64,000 nt of DNA. Source: Rhizophagus irregularis (lineage: Eukaryota). Where the stretch lies: positions 682,001 through 746,000 of the forward strand of contig NC_089429.1 of NCBI RefSeq assembly GCF_026210795.1, in the 5' to 3' direction. Position numbers and translations under genes: made by a program. The notes under the pieces are model-generated. The model had not been told where the DNA came from and did not search any database. It saw nothing but the letters and a program-made list of their open reading frames with translations. This document shows, piece after piece, positions 1 through 12,577 of this stretch. Position 1 is the first letter of the stretch. Each line of letters begins with the position of its first letter.

Positions 1-205
1 AAAATTTCATGTCACATGGTGAAAAACATCATAAAATATGATGAAAAATATGATCAACATGATGAAAAGTCATCATGTCAACATGATGAAAAGTTATCAT
101 AAAACATGATGAAAAGTCATCATGAAACATGATGAAAAGTTATCATGAAACATGATGAAAAATCATCATGAAACATGATGAAAAGTTATCAACCTTTTGA
201 CCAGT
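1..205. repeat. ~22-bp tandem subrepeats (ACATGATGAAAAGT(T)ATCATGAA), probably the subterminal arm of a DNA transposon truncated by the window edge
   Basis: About 7 imperfect copies of CATGATGAAAA..ATCAT, ending in CCTTTTGACCAGT. Confidence 0.6.
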
Positions 206-1022
206 ACGGCTTGCCATAGTCAAAACCCAAAATCTTGACGATCAAAATCCGTTATAAATAATCCCGAATGTTCAACTCATCCCAACACTTGTTAATTTTA
301 CATTGTTGTAATAATTTTGTTACACTTTGTAACGATTAATATTTCTACGAATATGTAATAATGAATTATTAATGTTATTAGAAAAAATAAATTTTAGTTT
401 TTGCTTAAAAATTTAATGTTTGTATATAATAAAGATATTATTTTTTTTAATATATTTAATAGTCATTTTTTATTCAGTGTTGAAATAATGAGTGTCGGAT
501 TTTGAATTTATGGGATTGCGTCGGCGGGTTTGTGTTTATAACGGGACTCCTTGGGATTTGTAGTAAATTCGCATGGTTGCGTATGTATATGAATTTCAAA
601 TAATGTATAATTTTTTCTTTTTGTTTTATTTATTCATTGTTGATCAAACATGCATGGTTAATGAGATCGTTGTTTTATTGGGTTACGGTATATTTCAGCT
701 GAATATTTTGACGATTATCCCATACCCATCAAATGGATGGTTCGTCGAATGGATGTTTCGCCGAAGGGAGGTTCCAACGAAAGTATATTTTATCGAATCC
801 ATTTCACCAAATCGTCCATTTTACGAATTCCATTTCACCAAATAAAATTTTGCTGAGATTAACATTTTCATAAAAGATATTCAACGTGCAATGATAAACA
901 AATTCTTTTTATTTTTAAATAACTTTCTTTTCCAGGATATTATCACTTTAACATTCAAGTAACTGATATTAATTGTTACACAATAAATAAATAACTTTAT
1001 TTTCCTGAAAAAAAAAAGATTT

Positions 1023-1172
1023 CAATTCGTGATTCACGAGTCAGCTGCAAAGGATCTGCAGAAAATGGGAATCTGGTGTAGTGTCAAATAAAAGTAAAAA
1101 ATTGTTGTAAAAACTGTTCACATAAAAAGCATTATTTAATGAATGAAAATTGGGTCACGGATCACGAATTAA
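1023..1172. mobile_element. Short MITE, same family as 43181-43404
   Basis: Termini AATTCGTGAT...ATCACGAATT. Internal CTGCAAAGGATCTG..AAAATGGGAATCTGG is shared with the copy at 43181-43404. Confidence 0.65.
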
Positions 1173-1563
1173 TGTATTACAAACAACCAATCTATTTAAT
1201 AAATTTCATCTAATTCATGAAATAAGTAATTTTTTGGAATGTTTTATTCAGATACTGTTCTTGGTTTTATTATACGCACGTATTTATTCTTATTCAAGAT
1301 ATATTAATGAATTCACATGTCTCTTTATATATTAGCTAACTAAAAAATAGAATCAGTCTTTATCGTATTATTCATTATTTTATTGTTCGAATGGTTTCCA
1401 CCCCTTAGTAAAAAGCTATTACGAATTTCATTTTATATAACGAAATTTGCTCTCATTTATTGATTAATTTTTAATTTCACACGATAAATTATAAATTCTT
1501 TCTTTTTGTTTTATTTATTCACATGCAAACAAATATAAATATACATTTACATATAAAAAATAT

Positions 1564-2192
1564 GGATTTACAAAATCCTGGCAACCATAAAATCGAAAGT
1601 CTACAATCCTGAAACCAAGATCCTGACAAAACCAAATCCTGCTGAAATAAAATCCCGATAGTTACAAATTTTGACAGTTAAAAATTCTTGACAGTCAAAA
1701 TCCCAAAGTTTTTTTTTTTTAAAAAAATTATATAAAATTTCCATAATTTTAAAAATGCAGTGACGTCAGTAGTAACGGGCTAATTTATTAAAACTGATAT
1801 AATCTATAAATTTTATTAATACCAATGTAAATTGTTTGCAAATTTTATTAATATTAATGCAAATTAACTAACGTTACTATATTATTAATGAAAATTAAAG
1901 AAAAAATTTTTTATCTTAGTTAAAAGGATTATGTACAATATATTACTAGATTACTAAACTATTCCTTATCTTCTAAAATTAGAAATAATTGCATAAAAAA
2001 AATTAAGTAATCTCAAATTCATCTGATCGAATCTCAGACAGGATTTTGGCTGTCAAGATTTTAGATCATTGGAGTTCCGTGACTGTCAGGATTTTGATTC
2101 CAATCGGGATTTGCATTTATCAGGATTTTGGTGTCAGGGATTGATTATAAGACTGTCGATATTATGGGTGTCAGGATTTTTGGGTGATCTCA
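1564..2192. mobile_element. Foldback MITE (MULE-like)
   Basis: Left arm of AAAATCCTGACA subrepeats (1570-1705) and right arm of TGTCAGGATTTT subrepeats (2035-2185). Possible 9-bp TSD AAAAAATAT. Confidence 0.6.
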
Positions 2193-2771
2193 AAAAAATA
2201 TGTATATATGTATCCCATTTAAAAAATTGTAATATTAGTAAATGATTAAACACAATTTAAACTTTTAATCAAAATATTTCACGCATAATGAAATTTCCTA
2301 TCTTTTTAACGCTCACTATCATATTTTTTGCTACGGCTCTTGTACCAGCCACGGAAGGTAAAATCTTGAAATATTGAACATGTTTTAAGGAAAAAAAATT
2401 AACAATTACTTTTTTCTCCCTATCTACAGATCCGTAATAATTTTTGAAATCCGAAACACGCTGCAAAATATCACCATTTGTAAAATGGAGAAACTTAGTT
2501 GATTACTTTTTAAACTGACTTTCTCCTCCTTATCTACAGATTCGCAATAATTTTGAAATCTGAAATACGTTGCGAAATATCACATGTAATTGATCATTTG
2601 TAAAATGGAGAAAAAATTAGTTAATCTTTGTTTATAATAATTAATACTGTAATTACTTTTTAAATTGGCTTTCTCCTTATAAAAAATTTTCATTTTATTT
2701 CTGTAAATGATAGTCTTCGGAATCATCATATTCTGCTTTTTCTTATATATACAGGGACTGATTGAAAAAAC

Positions 2772-2875
2772 ACAGAACAAAAAAATATTACAGAACAAAA
2801 AAAATATTAAGAACAAAAAAAATATTAAGAACAAAAAAAATATTAAGAACAAAAAAAATATTACAGAACAAAAAA
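2772..2875 (+). repeat. 18-bp tandem repeat (AGAACAAAAAAAATATTA) just upstream of the secreted-peptide gene
   Basis: 5-6 near-identical units seen directly. Confidence 0.85.
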
Positions 2876-2908
2876 AGAAAAATTCTCAAACTCTAACAAT
2901 ATTTTGCA

Positions 2909-3202
2909 ATGAAATATATTTTCTTGTTTATCGTTCTTATTTGTACCATCCATGGTCTGACAGTTCATGCATCGCCTCTCCATGAGGGTAAGAAATTAAT
3001 TATTTTTATTTATAATTTTTTATCTTTCTATTTTCTCATGCATTTAACATTTCCATTTGTAGTTAGATCTAGTCTTCTCATGAAACGTTGCACACCTGGT
3101 TTCGGCCTTGGAGATTGTGGTGTTGGAGACGAATGTGTTAATGATAATGATTGTTCTCCGGGTCTTTATTGTGATACCATTGCTGGAGTATGCTCTTCTT
3201 GA
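2909..3202 (+). CDS. Small secreted cysteine-rich prepropeptide (72 aa after splicing; exons 2909-2987 and 3063-3202)
   Basis: Hydrophobic signal MKYIFLFIVLICTIHGLTVHA; 75-nt GTAAGA...TTGTAG intron; KR dibasic site; then a 37-aa peptide with 6 Cys. Confidence 0.8.
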   Translation: MKYIFLFIVLICTIHGLTVHASPLHEGKKLIIFIYNFLSFYFLMHLTFPFVVRSSLLMKRCTPGFGLGDCGVGDECVNDNDCSPGLYCDTIAGVCSS

Positions 3203-4499
3203 GTTAGATTATTTATTAGTGAATGTATTAGTTATTTTACTTTTTCGCTGTGAAGAAATTAATCTATTATAATTTTTTTTGAAATTAATCTAATTAATCT
3301 ATAATTTTTTTTAATTAATAAATATTTCTATCATGCAAATATTGCATTCTTGAACTTATACGATTTACTTTCTTGACTCGTGTATACAGTGACGGTCAAA
3401 AGTAATGCATTGCTGAAATGAAAATGTAAAATGATACAGTAATGCGCCATACTAATAACGAGTTTATAAAATTTTTATATATTAATAAAATAAAAGTAAA
3501 AAAATTCCTTTATTATTGATGATCAAACATGCGATGCTTTTTTTTGACCGTTTTCAAAAATTATATTATTTCTTCTTCACAAATACTATGTCATATCATA
3601 TGATAATAACTATTGTAAACTCTCGACCAGATAGGAAAATCTGAAAGCGAATATGGATCCTAGTGATTTCTAATTTGATACGACATATTGTCAGTTTCTA
3701 ATTCTTTCGTTATTTCTCTTGCTTCAGAAATAATAGTACTTTACTATCAATGTTTATCGGCGAAATGGTTTTGGCGAAATGTACTGTAACCGAAAAAATC
3801 TATATTGGTTATAGTTTTAAAAATCCAATATAGATTTCATGTGAATCTAATTTTATGTGTAAATAAGTAAACATTAAACATGTCAGGGAGCTTTAAATAT
3901 TAATGAATAGTAAATTTTATAATGATTAGAAGTTTTGAAATGAAATTAATTTATTAAATTTATCTTGCATTTTTTGACGGGTATCTATAACAATAACAAA
4001 TAATATAATTAATATAAATACTCTATAACTGAAAAGATTTTAGGTTTCAATCATATAATGTACTAAGCCATTAATAAATCTTCAAAAAAAAATTCAATTC
4101 ATAACTGTCAAAAAAAAAGATCTTGGATAATTATGTCCTTTAATAAAAAAAAAAAGAAATTAGATAATTATTTATTATTAAAAATGCATTAGGTTTGTAA
4201 AAAAAATTATCAATAAAAAAAAAATTATTTAAGTATATTTATTAATTTTTGTGAATGAAATTTATAAACAGAGCCGAATTCCTGATTGCTGATTGCCGAT
4301 CATCTGGACCCGGTTTAATCGCAGAAAATCCCCTGGAATTCCATGACGATCTACCGTGTCCGGATCACGTTACGGCGGCTAACTACACCATCATTATAAG
4401 AATTAAGTCTAATTTAGTAAAAAATTCTAATGCTATTTTATATTAACAATTATCAGCTAACTTTCAATGTAAAAATTACTATATAATTTAAAGAGTATT

Positions 4500-5655
4500 G
4501 CTAAATCTCACCGGTGGTGAGCGGTGATTTTCACCGAAATTTTTTTTTCCTATTGTAATTTTTTAACGAAATTATTTAAAGTAACTTAATGTAATGAAAT
4601 TTTTATTTGCAAACTAAATACTAAAAGTTACACGTTTATAATGATATTAATAATAATTTATTAATTAAAGATACGTTTTATTGATTAAAAATATAATTAT
4701 TAACAAATTTTTATTTATTTATTCATGGAAATAACAGAAATAATGAAAATAAAACGAAGAGAATGTGCAATAATAAAAAGAATAGTAAGTAACAAAATAT
4801 AATGAAAGAATAATGAATGAAGAACAACAAAAGAGGTGAAGGGAAGAACAAAATAAACGAAGAGGAATAAAAAGTAATGAAAAAAACAAAAGTGGAGTAA
4901 AAAAAAACGAAAGAAGCAAAAGAGAGGTGAAAAAGGGATGAAAAAAACGAAGGGGATAAAAAGGAACAAAAGAAAATGAAGGCCTTTATAGCATATTTTC
5001 AGCCCACTTAAAGACACAGAAAAAAATTCACCAACTTCTCTGTCAATTTCTAATCATTTGCATACGCGATATCAAAACTTATTTTTGGAAGGAACGAACA
5101 AAAGTCTAGAAACAGTAGAAACTCGATCATGGTCCAACGAAACAAGACTTCAAGAATTATTGTAAAACACGGGGAGTGAAAAGGAGTGAAAGAAACGAGG
5201 GACGAGCGAAAAGGAACGAAAAAAAATGAAGTGGAGTGAAAAAGAAATGAAAAATTAAGGAAATAAAAGTAACAATGGAAACAAAAGATAAAAGAACAGT
5301 AAAAATAAAAAAATGAAGGAAACCAACCGACCAAATAAAAACCATAAAATAAGTTAGTAAGAAACGAAATATGATAGACAAAATAAAAAAAATAAAAAAA
5401 AGAACATACCAAGAAGAACTAGGAAGAAAATGTAAGGAAATATAAGAAACGACAAAATAAAAAAATAAAAACTTCAAAAAATCGTGATTATGTAATACTA
5501 AACATACCTTGATTGCAAAGAGCAAAGGGCTGAAAGGAGTAAGAACTTAAAGAGAATAAAATAAGTTAGCAAGAAATAAAATATAAAAAACAAAAAAAGA
5601 AAAAAAAAGAAAAACATATCAGCTGAGCGAAGGGTTTAAAGTTGGAAAGTACTAG
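4500..5655. repeat. Purine-rich low-complexity repeat, probably a non-autonomous TE related to 50085-50900
   Basis: GA/AA-rich units. The TTTATTTGCAAA...AAGT.ACAC.TTTA motif is shared with 50270-50310; ends near CTAG. Confidence 0.4.
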
Positions 5656-5729
5656 AATTGCAACAATGACCAATGAAAAATATCTGACATGGAAAGAAAA
5701 AACAATTATTAGGTAATTTAAGTGAATAC

Positions 5730-6310
5730 TGTAATGCCGTGATTTACCTAGTGAAATTATTAAGTGTGAGGCGCAGTATTATTTTTAGTTAGTGTATAAA
5801 ATATTAAGTATCATAATTGTGTAATGTTACAAATGTAACATCCGTAACGAAGTAAAAGTGTAAAACTATTCTTGACTTTTGTTTTTAGGTTTGGGATTGG
5901 GAATTACTAAGTTCGGGATATTACTAAAATAAGAAATGGGTTTGAAGATCGAAAATTGGAAATTTTGAAAAGTTAATGTTTATGAAAAGTGGGAAATTGA
6001 CGAAAAAAGTGGTTCAATCAAAAAGTGGAAAAATCAAAATTGAAAAAAAAATAATTTTACGAAATTAGGAAATATTTTGAAGAAAAATAATGATAGACAG
6101 AAATTATGTAAATTTGGACTTTGTGAAAAAGGGATCTATTATTAAAATTTACCAAGAATTGTGATTATATTTTAGAAATTATCTAATTAGGAAATATTAT
6201 TAAATCAAGCATTATATTATTTTGTTGAAATTTTTATTATTAATAAAACTATTATTTTTGTTAACGTCAAGGTGGCAATGTGATTTATCACGGGCTTGAA
6301 CGCAGTATCC
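5730..6310 (+). mobile_element. Diverged solo LTR related to the LTRs of the Gypsy element at 15327
   Basis: Starts TGTAATGCCGT..TACCTAGT...GGCGCAGTATT and ends CAAGCATATTATT...TTTTGTTAA..GGTGGCAA...GGGCT, as in the 611-bp LTR. Middle diverged; no TSD found. Confidence 0.7.
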
Positions 6311-6719
6311 ACAACGTCACGTCGTCACGTGTAATATATATCATAATTAAAATTTAGCACATAAAATTTACTAAATTTAATAGATCAAACTTTCTTGATT
6401 TGCAATAAATATTCAGATATTAAGGTAATGTTAAATCACATTACATTTATTTTTTACATAAACAATTAGCCAAGATTTAACAAATGAATGTAACGAAAAA
6501 AAAATTTGAACTTTTGATTGATTCCATTTTCTAAAAATCTACAACATATTTTCGTTCTTGTATTATAAAAAGAAAATATGAGTAAATCTTTTTTAATCAC
6601 TGAAAATTTCTGGAGGAATTTTAAAATTTCATTATTTTTGATGATTTATTTTTTTTTAATATAATTAATAATATTAAACTATTATATTTATGTATTTATA
6701 TATTTGCATTTTAATTAAT

Positions 6720-8140
6720 AGATTATGGTGTCGTTTAGCCATTCCATTATTATGGGAAGATCCATTTCCAAAGAAAGATCCATTTTCAAGGGAATATCTC
6801 GAAAATCAACAATTTATTGAAATTTACTTAAGCAAAATTAAATGAAGATGTCAAAACAAAATTATATAAATATGGGGTTAATAATAATTTAATATCTTCA
6901 AATACGTTATTATTCAATTACCCTAGTTTTATTAAATACTTAACAGTTAAATATAGATAAAATTTTAAGTTCTGTTCAAACGTGGGTTGATACTGTAGTG
7001 GGTAAAAATCAAGAGAAGCTAGTAAACTTTATTTATAGGTCATTGCTTGAAATGTTTATTGAAAATGAAGGAGATTTACATTCTTTTGAAGTTGTACTGT
7101 CTACTTATTATGATAATTATTTTGATAATAGTATAGACTTGATTTTACAAAATCCAAATCTTACATATAATATTAGCAATTTAACATTCCGTATTTTTAA
7201 TTATAATACTCAAAATATGATTAAGTTATTGAAAATTTTATGTTCTAATTGCAATTCAATCTCACAATGGTTTTAGGAATTCCTATATATGATATTGATT
7301 ATCGTTCATTACTAATTGAAAAATGGTTAATACAAATGATTATTTCACAACATAATCTCAGAAAAATTGCATTTGAATATGATATTAATTTATATAATCC
7401 ATTTTTATCATTAAAAAATTCTAATTGTTCAAATACTTTAAATACAATTATATTTCATTCTATTGATTTTTAAGAATATAATTAGTATTTTACAAGAAGT
7501 TTTTGATCAATTGAATGTTTTAGAATCTATTCATATTTTTTATTGTTATTCTTTAAATTCTGATTTTGTCAAATAAATTATTAAGGTTAATAAACCTTTT
7601 AAATTGAGATCTTTGTTTATGGATGAAATATTACATTTTGAACCAATACAATTGCTATTACAGAAATTTAGTGATTGTTTAAAAAATTTTGGATTTGGAT
7701 ATACGATGTTTAATGATTACTATGATGAACCAAAACAACAATTTTTTGAATTTATTACGAAATATTGTAATAAGATTAGATATTTTGAATCGGGAATACC
7801 TGATGATAATAATATTTATTTATTCATTGAAAATAATCAACATAATATTAATTATCTTACTATTGAAGCAAGTATTTATAAGCTATACTGATTATAGGGA
7901 ATTAAGTTTAACTGTATTACAAAATATAGGACAGGTTCTTTCCTTCTAAATTAGAATATTTATGTTTATCCCTTTTATATAGGACAAGTGATCTGAAAAT
8001 ATTTTTAAAAAATTCACAAAATACTTTTATTAAGAAATTATTAATTAGAAATATTATGGTAGATAAAAATGGGAATATTTTATTTTGTATAAAGAAATAT
8101 ATTATGAAGAAGGAAAGGGTTAAATATTTGGCTATTACTA
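6720..8140 (+). pseudogene. F-box/LRR-like pseudogene (paralog of 44434-46094)
   Basis: Fragments LWCRLAIPLLWEDPF, LFNYPSFIKYL, FIENEGDLHSFEV, LKNSNCSNTLNTIIF, KKERVKYLAI, broken by frameshifts and stops and cut at the 3' end by a MITE. Confidence 0.85.
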
Positions 8141-8147
8141 ATATTAA

Positions 8148-8445
8148 GGCTCATTTCACCGACTATCATTTCACTGACAATTATCTCGCCGACATATGTT
8201 TCACTGATAATCATTATACTGACAGTCATTTCACCGACAGTTTTGAAATCCTAATCCACTTACCCTAACCTAATTCTAGCCTAATCCCAACCCTGATTTT
8301 CTTACCTAACCCTAACTTTAACCCTAAATTCCCTTGTCGATGATTGTCGGTGAAACATTTGTCTGCGAAATGACCCTGTTAGTGAAATGTCAGTCGGTGA
8401 GATAATCGTCGGTAAAATGATTGTTCTGTGAAATGAATGCGACCA
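8148..8445. mobile_element. Foldback MITE with 15-bp subrepeats and a telomere-like core
   Basis: CATTTCACCGACA.T repeats on the left, inverted GTCGGTGAAATG repeats on the right, CCCTAA-like core at about 8250-8330. Confidence 0.75.
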
Positions 8446-8794
8446 AGATTAACATTTAACGAAATAATTAATTCTACCGTATTTTCTTTATTTAAATTTT
8501 TCATTTTATTCATCAACCAAATATTCTACATATTATTCCTTTCCTACAAATTGATGAATAAGCTTGAGTTGTTTGTTTGAGTTTCAGAACAAGATATTTC
8601 TTAAAGATATGATGTCACAAAAGTGACTGAAACGTTTCAACTCTTCTATTAACTGTTAAGATACAAATTTTGAGTAGCCACTTCAATATTTATATAATTA
8701 TTATAAAGATTTTTGTTACCATTGTGAAATCAATGTAATCCGTGTATTATATTTTAAATAATATACATACAGTATATATTTTTTATAATACACA

Positions 8795-9059
8795 CCCTAT
8801 AAAAAAAGAATGTCCGGAAATTGTAGCTGAAAACGTCCGGAAAATGTTTATTTGTCTGGAATATGTCCGGAATATTGCAATATTCCGGACGTTGGAAAAT
8901 TTCCATTTTCCGGAAAATGTCCAGTAAATGTCTAGGAGGGTTCAGACCCAGCGTCCAGAAAGTGTCCGGAATATTGCAATTTTCTGGACGTTTTCCGGAC
9001 ACACGGACATTTTCCGGATGTTTTTAGCTACAATTTCCGGACATTTTTTTTTTACAGGG
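8795..9059. mobile_element. MITE with CCCT(A/G)TAAAA termini and 3-bp TSD (ACA)
   Basis: TIR CCCTATAAAAAAAGAATGTCCGGAAATTGTAGCT / AGCTACAATTTCCGGACATTTTTTTTTTACAGGG; ACA on both flanks. Confidence 0.85.
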
Positions 9060-11104
9060 ACATTAACGCCAGTATTATGTATTCAATAATGTAAATGTTT
9101 ATAGTTAGCCAAAAAAACATTTATAATATAAAGATGCAGCAATTGATTATATTACCCGAATGAAAATTAATTTAATAAAATATCCAGATAATAAATAATT
9201 TTAAAACAATATTTGAAGTACAGGTTGAAGAAATGATCTTCAATTAAGGTAGATTTTGGCATGATAGCCTATCATTCAATAAAATTTGCGTGATCAATTT
9301 TTGTCCCCTTTATATTATTTAATTCATCATGTGATATGATGTAAAAAATTCTGAATTTACATAATATAGTTATATAGATACTATTAGTGTTTAAACTTTA
9401 TATTATGCAAAAACATCGTTATTAACCTGTTAAGCTTGTTAATTAAGTTGATTAGTAATTTTAATGTAATTCAAATATAATTTTGAACTTTGACATGAAA
9501 ATTGTATACTCATTATGTTAAAAGAATATCTAAAAATAGTGGTAGTGTGTATATAATTATCTTATGTTTGATAGAATATACGGATATAATCTTATAATCC
9601 AAACGGACTCTGAATATAAACAATTAACATGTGGAATTAAACCAATTATAAAATATCATTCTTTCTTCAACTGTATTGGATTTGTGCAATATTTGAATGA
9701 ATATCTGATTTAAAAAATTTTTCGATATGAGTATTTTTAATGGTAATGTATTTTTTTTATCCGAATATCATTAAACAAAATATTTATGAGAAATTACAAT
9801 AATTATTTAAATGATGTCATATGTACGTTAAAAAAAAGTAAAAGCAAAACGACCTAATTAATAATATTTAAAGATTGAATTAATCGATTATTAATTTCGT
9901 ATTAAATTTAGCATTAAATTATTCTACCAGAAAAGTATGCTTGCTATAAAAATATATACAGAACATGCTTTCTCTCATAAAGTTATATCATAGGTACTTT
10001 AAGATGTAAATTATTACTTACATATAAAAGAAAGTAACATAAATTGCGTCACAGTTATGCGGTTCTAAAAAGTCTTAAGAGGTTTTAAGAAATTAAAGAG
10101 TTTTCTTAAAAATCTATAATTAAACTTTTTATGATAATATTTTAATGAGTATTACTAAAAATAAGTGACAATACATTCTGGAAATTCGAATTTCTTGAAA
10201 TTCTAAAAAAAGAATTTAACTAGTAGTAGAACATCTTCCTTCAGTAATTCTTGAATCTTACGTTAGACCTGTTTAAAAAGTTCATTTGATTTTTGAGAGT
10301 TAGCAAACTTTGTATAAAGAAAACTTCATTACGATTATTCTTTTAAGAACTTTTGAAAGAAGGATTTCGTTGGCTCCAGATTCATATATATTATATATAT
10401 TCTTAATAAAAATTGATTCTCCGTTTTTTGTCAATTAAATTAAAGTGAAATGTTGAATTTATTAGAATTTAAATACGAACAGCAGAACCCTAAAAAGTAC
10501 ATTCTATTAATTGATAAACCCAAAATGGTATTTATTTAAAATTTTGGAACTTTGAGGATAATATAAAAAACATTATTCAATAAACAGCGCAATAATATCA
10601 ATGATTTATAAAAAAAAAATACTTATTTTTCCAAGTTCACTGTTGAAAGATTAAAATGTTTAATAATACTTCTAAAGTTAATTCTTTTACCATTTAAAGA
10701 TTTTTGGTGCATAAAATCAAGAATTTCCAAATAAAGAAAATTTTTATGTGAAAATAATACCATTTTATAAAATTGTTAATATCCTTTTTCTGTGTGAAAA
10801 AGTGTTTGTTTATCAATATTATGAATCAAAATATGATTATTTAGTTAGTAGTCACCATGTTTTTTTTTTAATATCAAGGATTTTGACTATTAACCAATAT
10901 TTGGAGTCAAAATAAGAATAATTCCGGTCAGAATTGCAGATCATATGTCAATTAACATCACATGATTTAAATTTCTAATAAAGAATTTCTTTTAGCATGT
11001 GCAATATTACACAAATATGCATAAAATTACGTATATTACACAATGGCGTTTATTGTCCCCACCAAAAACTTTTTCTTTATTTTCTTTAGAAAATAAAAAA
11101 AAAA

Positions 11105-12577
11105 ATGACTTGTCAACTTTCAGATCTTCCAACCGAGTGCTTACAAGAAATTATTGAACATTTAGAGAATAATATTTCCACTTTACATTCATGTTTATTA
11201 GTTAATCGTCTTTGGTGTAAAATTTCCGTTAGAATGTTGTGGAAGGATGTTTGGGGTTATAATTATCAACAACGTTCATTGAGAGTGACAACATCAATTC
11301 TTAGTACATTAATTGCTTGTCTTCCTAATGAATCAAAAGAGAAATTATACAAAAATGAAATTTTTATTTTATCACCTAATTTAAAATCACCACTTTTTAA
11401 TTACGCAGAATTTTGCAAAGTTCTTTCAATAGGTTCTCTCTCTGGAATAGTTCATAATGTTCTTAAAAAAGAACCATCAGATAGAAGTCGTCTAGTTATT
11501 GATGAAATTATCAAAATGTTTGTGGATCAAATTTCTTCTTTAAAAAAATTATCTTATTATAGTCGATTTTATAGTAATTTTACTTTAACTTATTTTCCTG
11601 GGGTGAGAGATCTTTCAGAATTATGCTGCAGTTCAAATCTTCCTTCTAATTTTTTTTGGCAATTGTCACAAATATGTCATAATTTACAATCAATTTCTAT
11701 AGATTTTCATAATGAAGTTTCAAATGAATTAAATGAGTTAAAAGAATTGATTTCTTTACAAGATAATTTAAAAAATTTAACTTTAATAGCTTTTGCAGTA
11801 AGTTGGGTAAATATTATACCTGCTTTAAAAAAGCATTCTAATACTGTAACAAAATTACATCTTTATAGTGAATATTATGATTTACCATTATCTTTTGTTA
11901 GTTTATTCACAAATTTACAAGAAATTATAATTTCTTTCTTAGATTATGGATATATTGAAGATTTTAAAAAATTACAATTTATTAATTTTTCTAAATTACA
12001 AAATTTAAAGATTCCATATCAATGTCCAAAACCTGATTATATGAAAAAATTTTTAGAAATTAATGGTAAAAATCTTAAAAAATTTTATTCTGGTGAAAAT
12101 GATAAAACTTTAAGTATATCAATTGCTAATTTTTGTCCAAACCTTAAAAATCTTTTTGTATTATTTCATGATGGTGAAATTGATATATTAAAAGATATAT
12201 TTATTAATTGTCAATATTTAGAAAGTATTAAAATTCAATGTGGGAGAAGATTTTTATTTGAAAAGGAAGTATTAGAAACTGTTGCAAGTCATTCATCAAA
12301 TAATTTTTGTGAATTAAAATTATATAATATTTCATATCCAAATTCAGGTTCTGTATCTCCAGAAGATTTAGAATCATTTATTATAAATTGGAAAAATAGA
12401 ACATCTAAAAAATTACTTTGTATAATAATTATTGAAAGTTATGGTGGTCGTAGTAGTTTATTAAATGAAGAAAATATGTTGATAATTAAAAAATACGAAA
12501 ATTTAGGTATAATTAAATTTGGTGTTAAACACTATGAAGAAGAAGTAATAGATGAAGAAGAAGACTATTTTTTTTGA
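11105..12577 (+). CDS. F-box domain protein with LRR-like C-terminus (Glomeromycotina expanded family)
   Basis: Intact 490-aa ORF. F-box-like LPTECLQEIIEHL...LHSCLLVNRLWC; family motifs PLFNYAEFCKVL and ANFCPNLKNL. Confidence 0.9.
   Translation: MTCQLSDLPTECLQEIIEHLENNISTLHSCLLVNRLWCKISVRMLWKDVWGYNYQQRSLRVTTSILSTLIACLPNESKEKLYKNEIFILSPNLKSPLFNYAEFCKVLSIGSLSGIVHNVLKKEPSDRSRLVIDEIIKMFVDQISSLKKLSYYSRFYSNFTLTYFPGVRDLSELCCSSNLPSNFFWQLSQICHNLQSISIDFHNEVSNELNELKELISLQDNLKNLTLIAFAVSWVNIIPALKKHSNTVTKLHLYSEYYDLPLSFVSLFTNLQEIIISFLDYGYIEDFKKLQFINFSKLQNLKIPYQCPKPDYMKKFLEINGKNLKKFYSGENDKTLSISIANFCPNLKNLFVLFHDGEIDILKDIFINCQYLESIKIQCGRRFLFEKEVLETVASHSSNNFCELKLYNISYPNSGSVSPEDLESFIINWKNRTSKKLLCIIIIESYGGRSSLLNEENMLIIKKYENLGIIKFGVKHYEEEVIDEEEDYFF

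Noticed and set aside
4715..5525. Phe/Leu-rich 'membrane protein' ORFs on the minus strand (also 36201-36830 and 50340-50786)
   Set aside because: Translations of purine-rich low-complexity repeats, open in several frames
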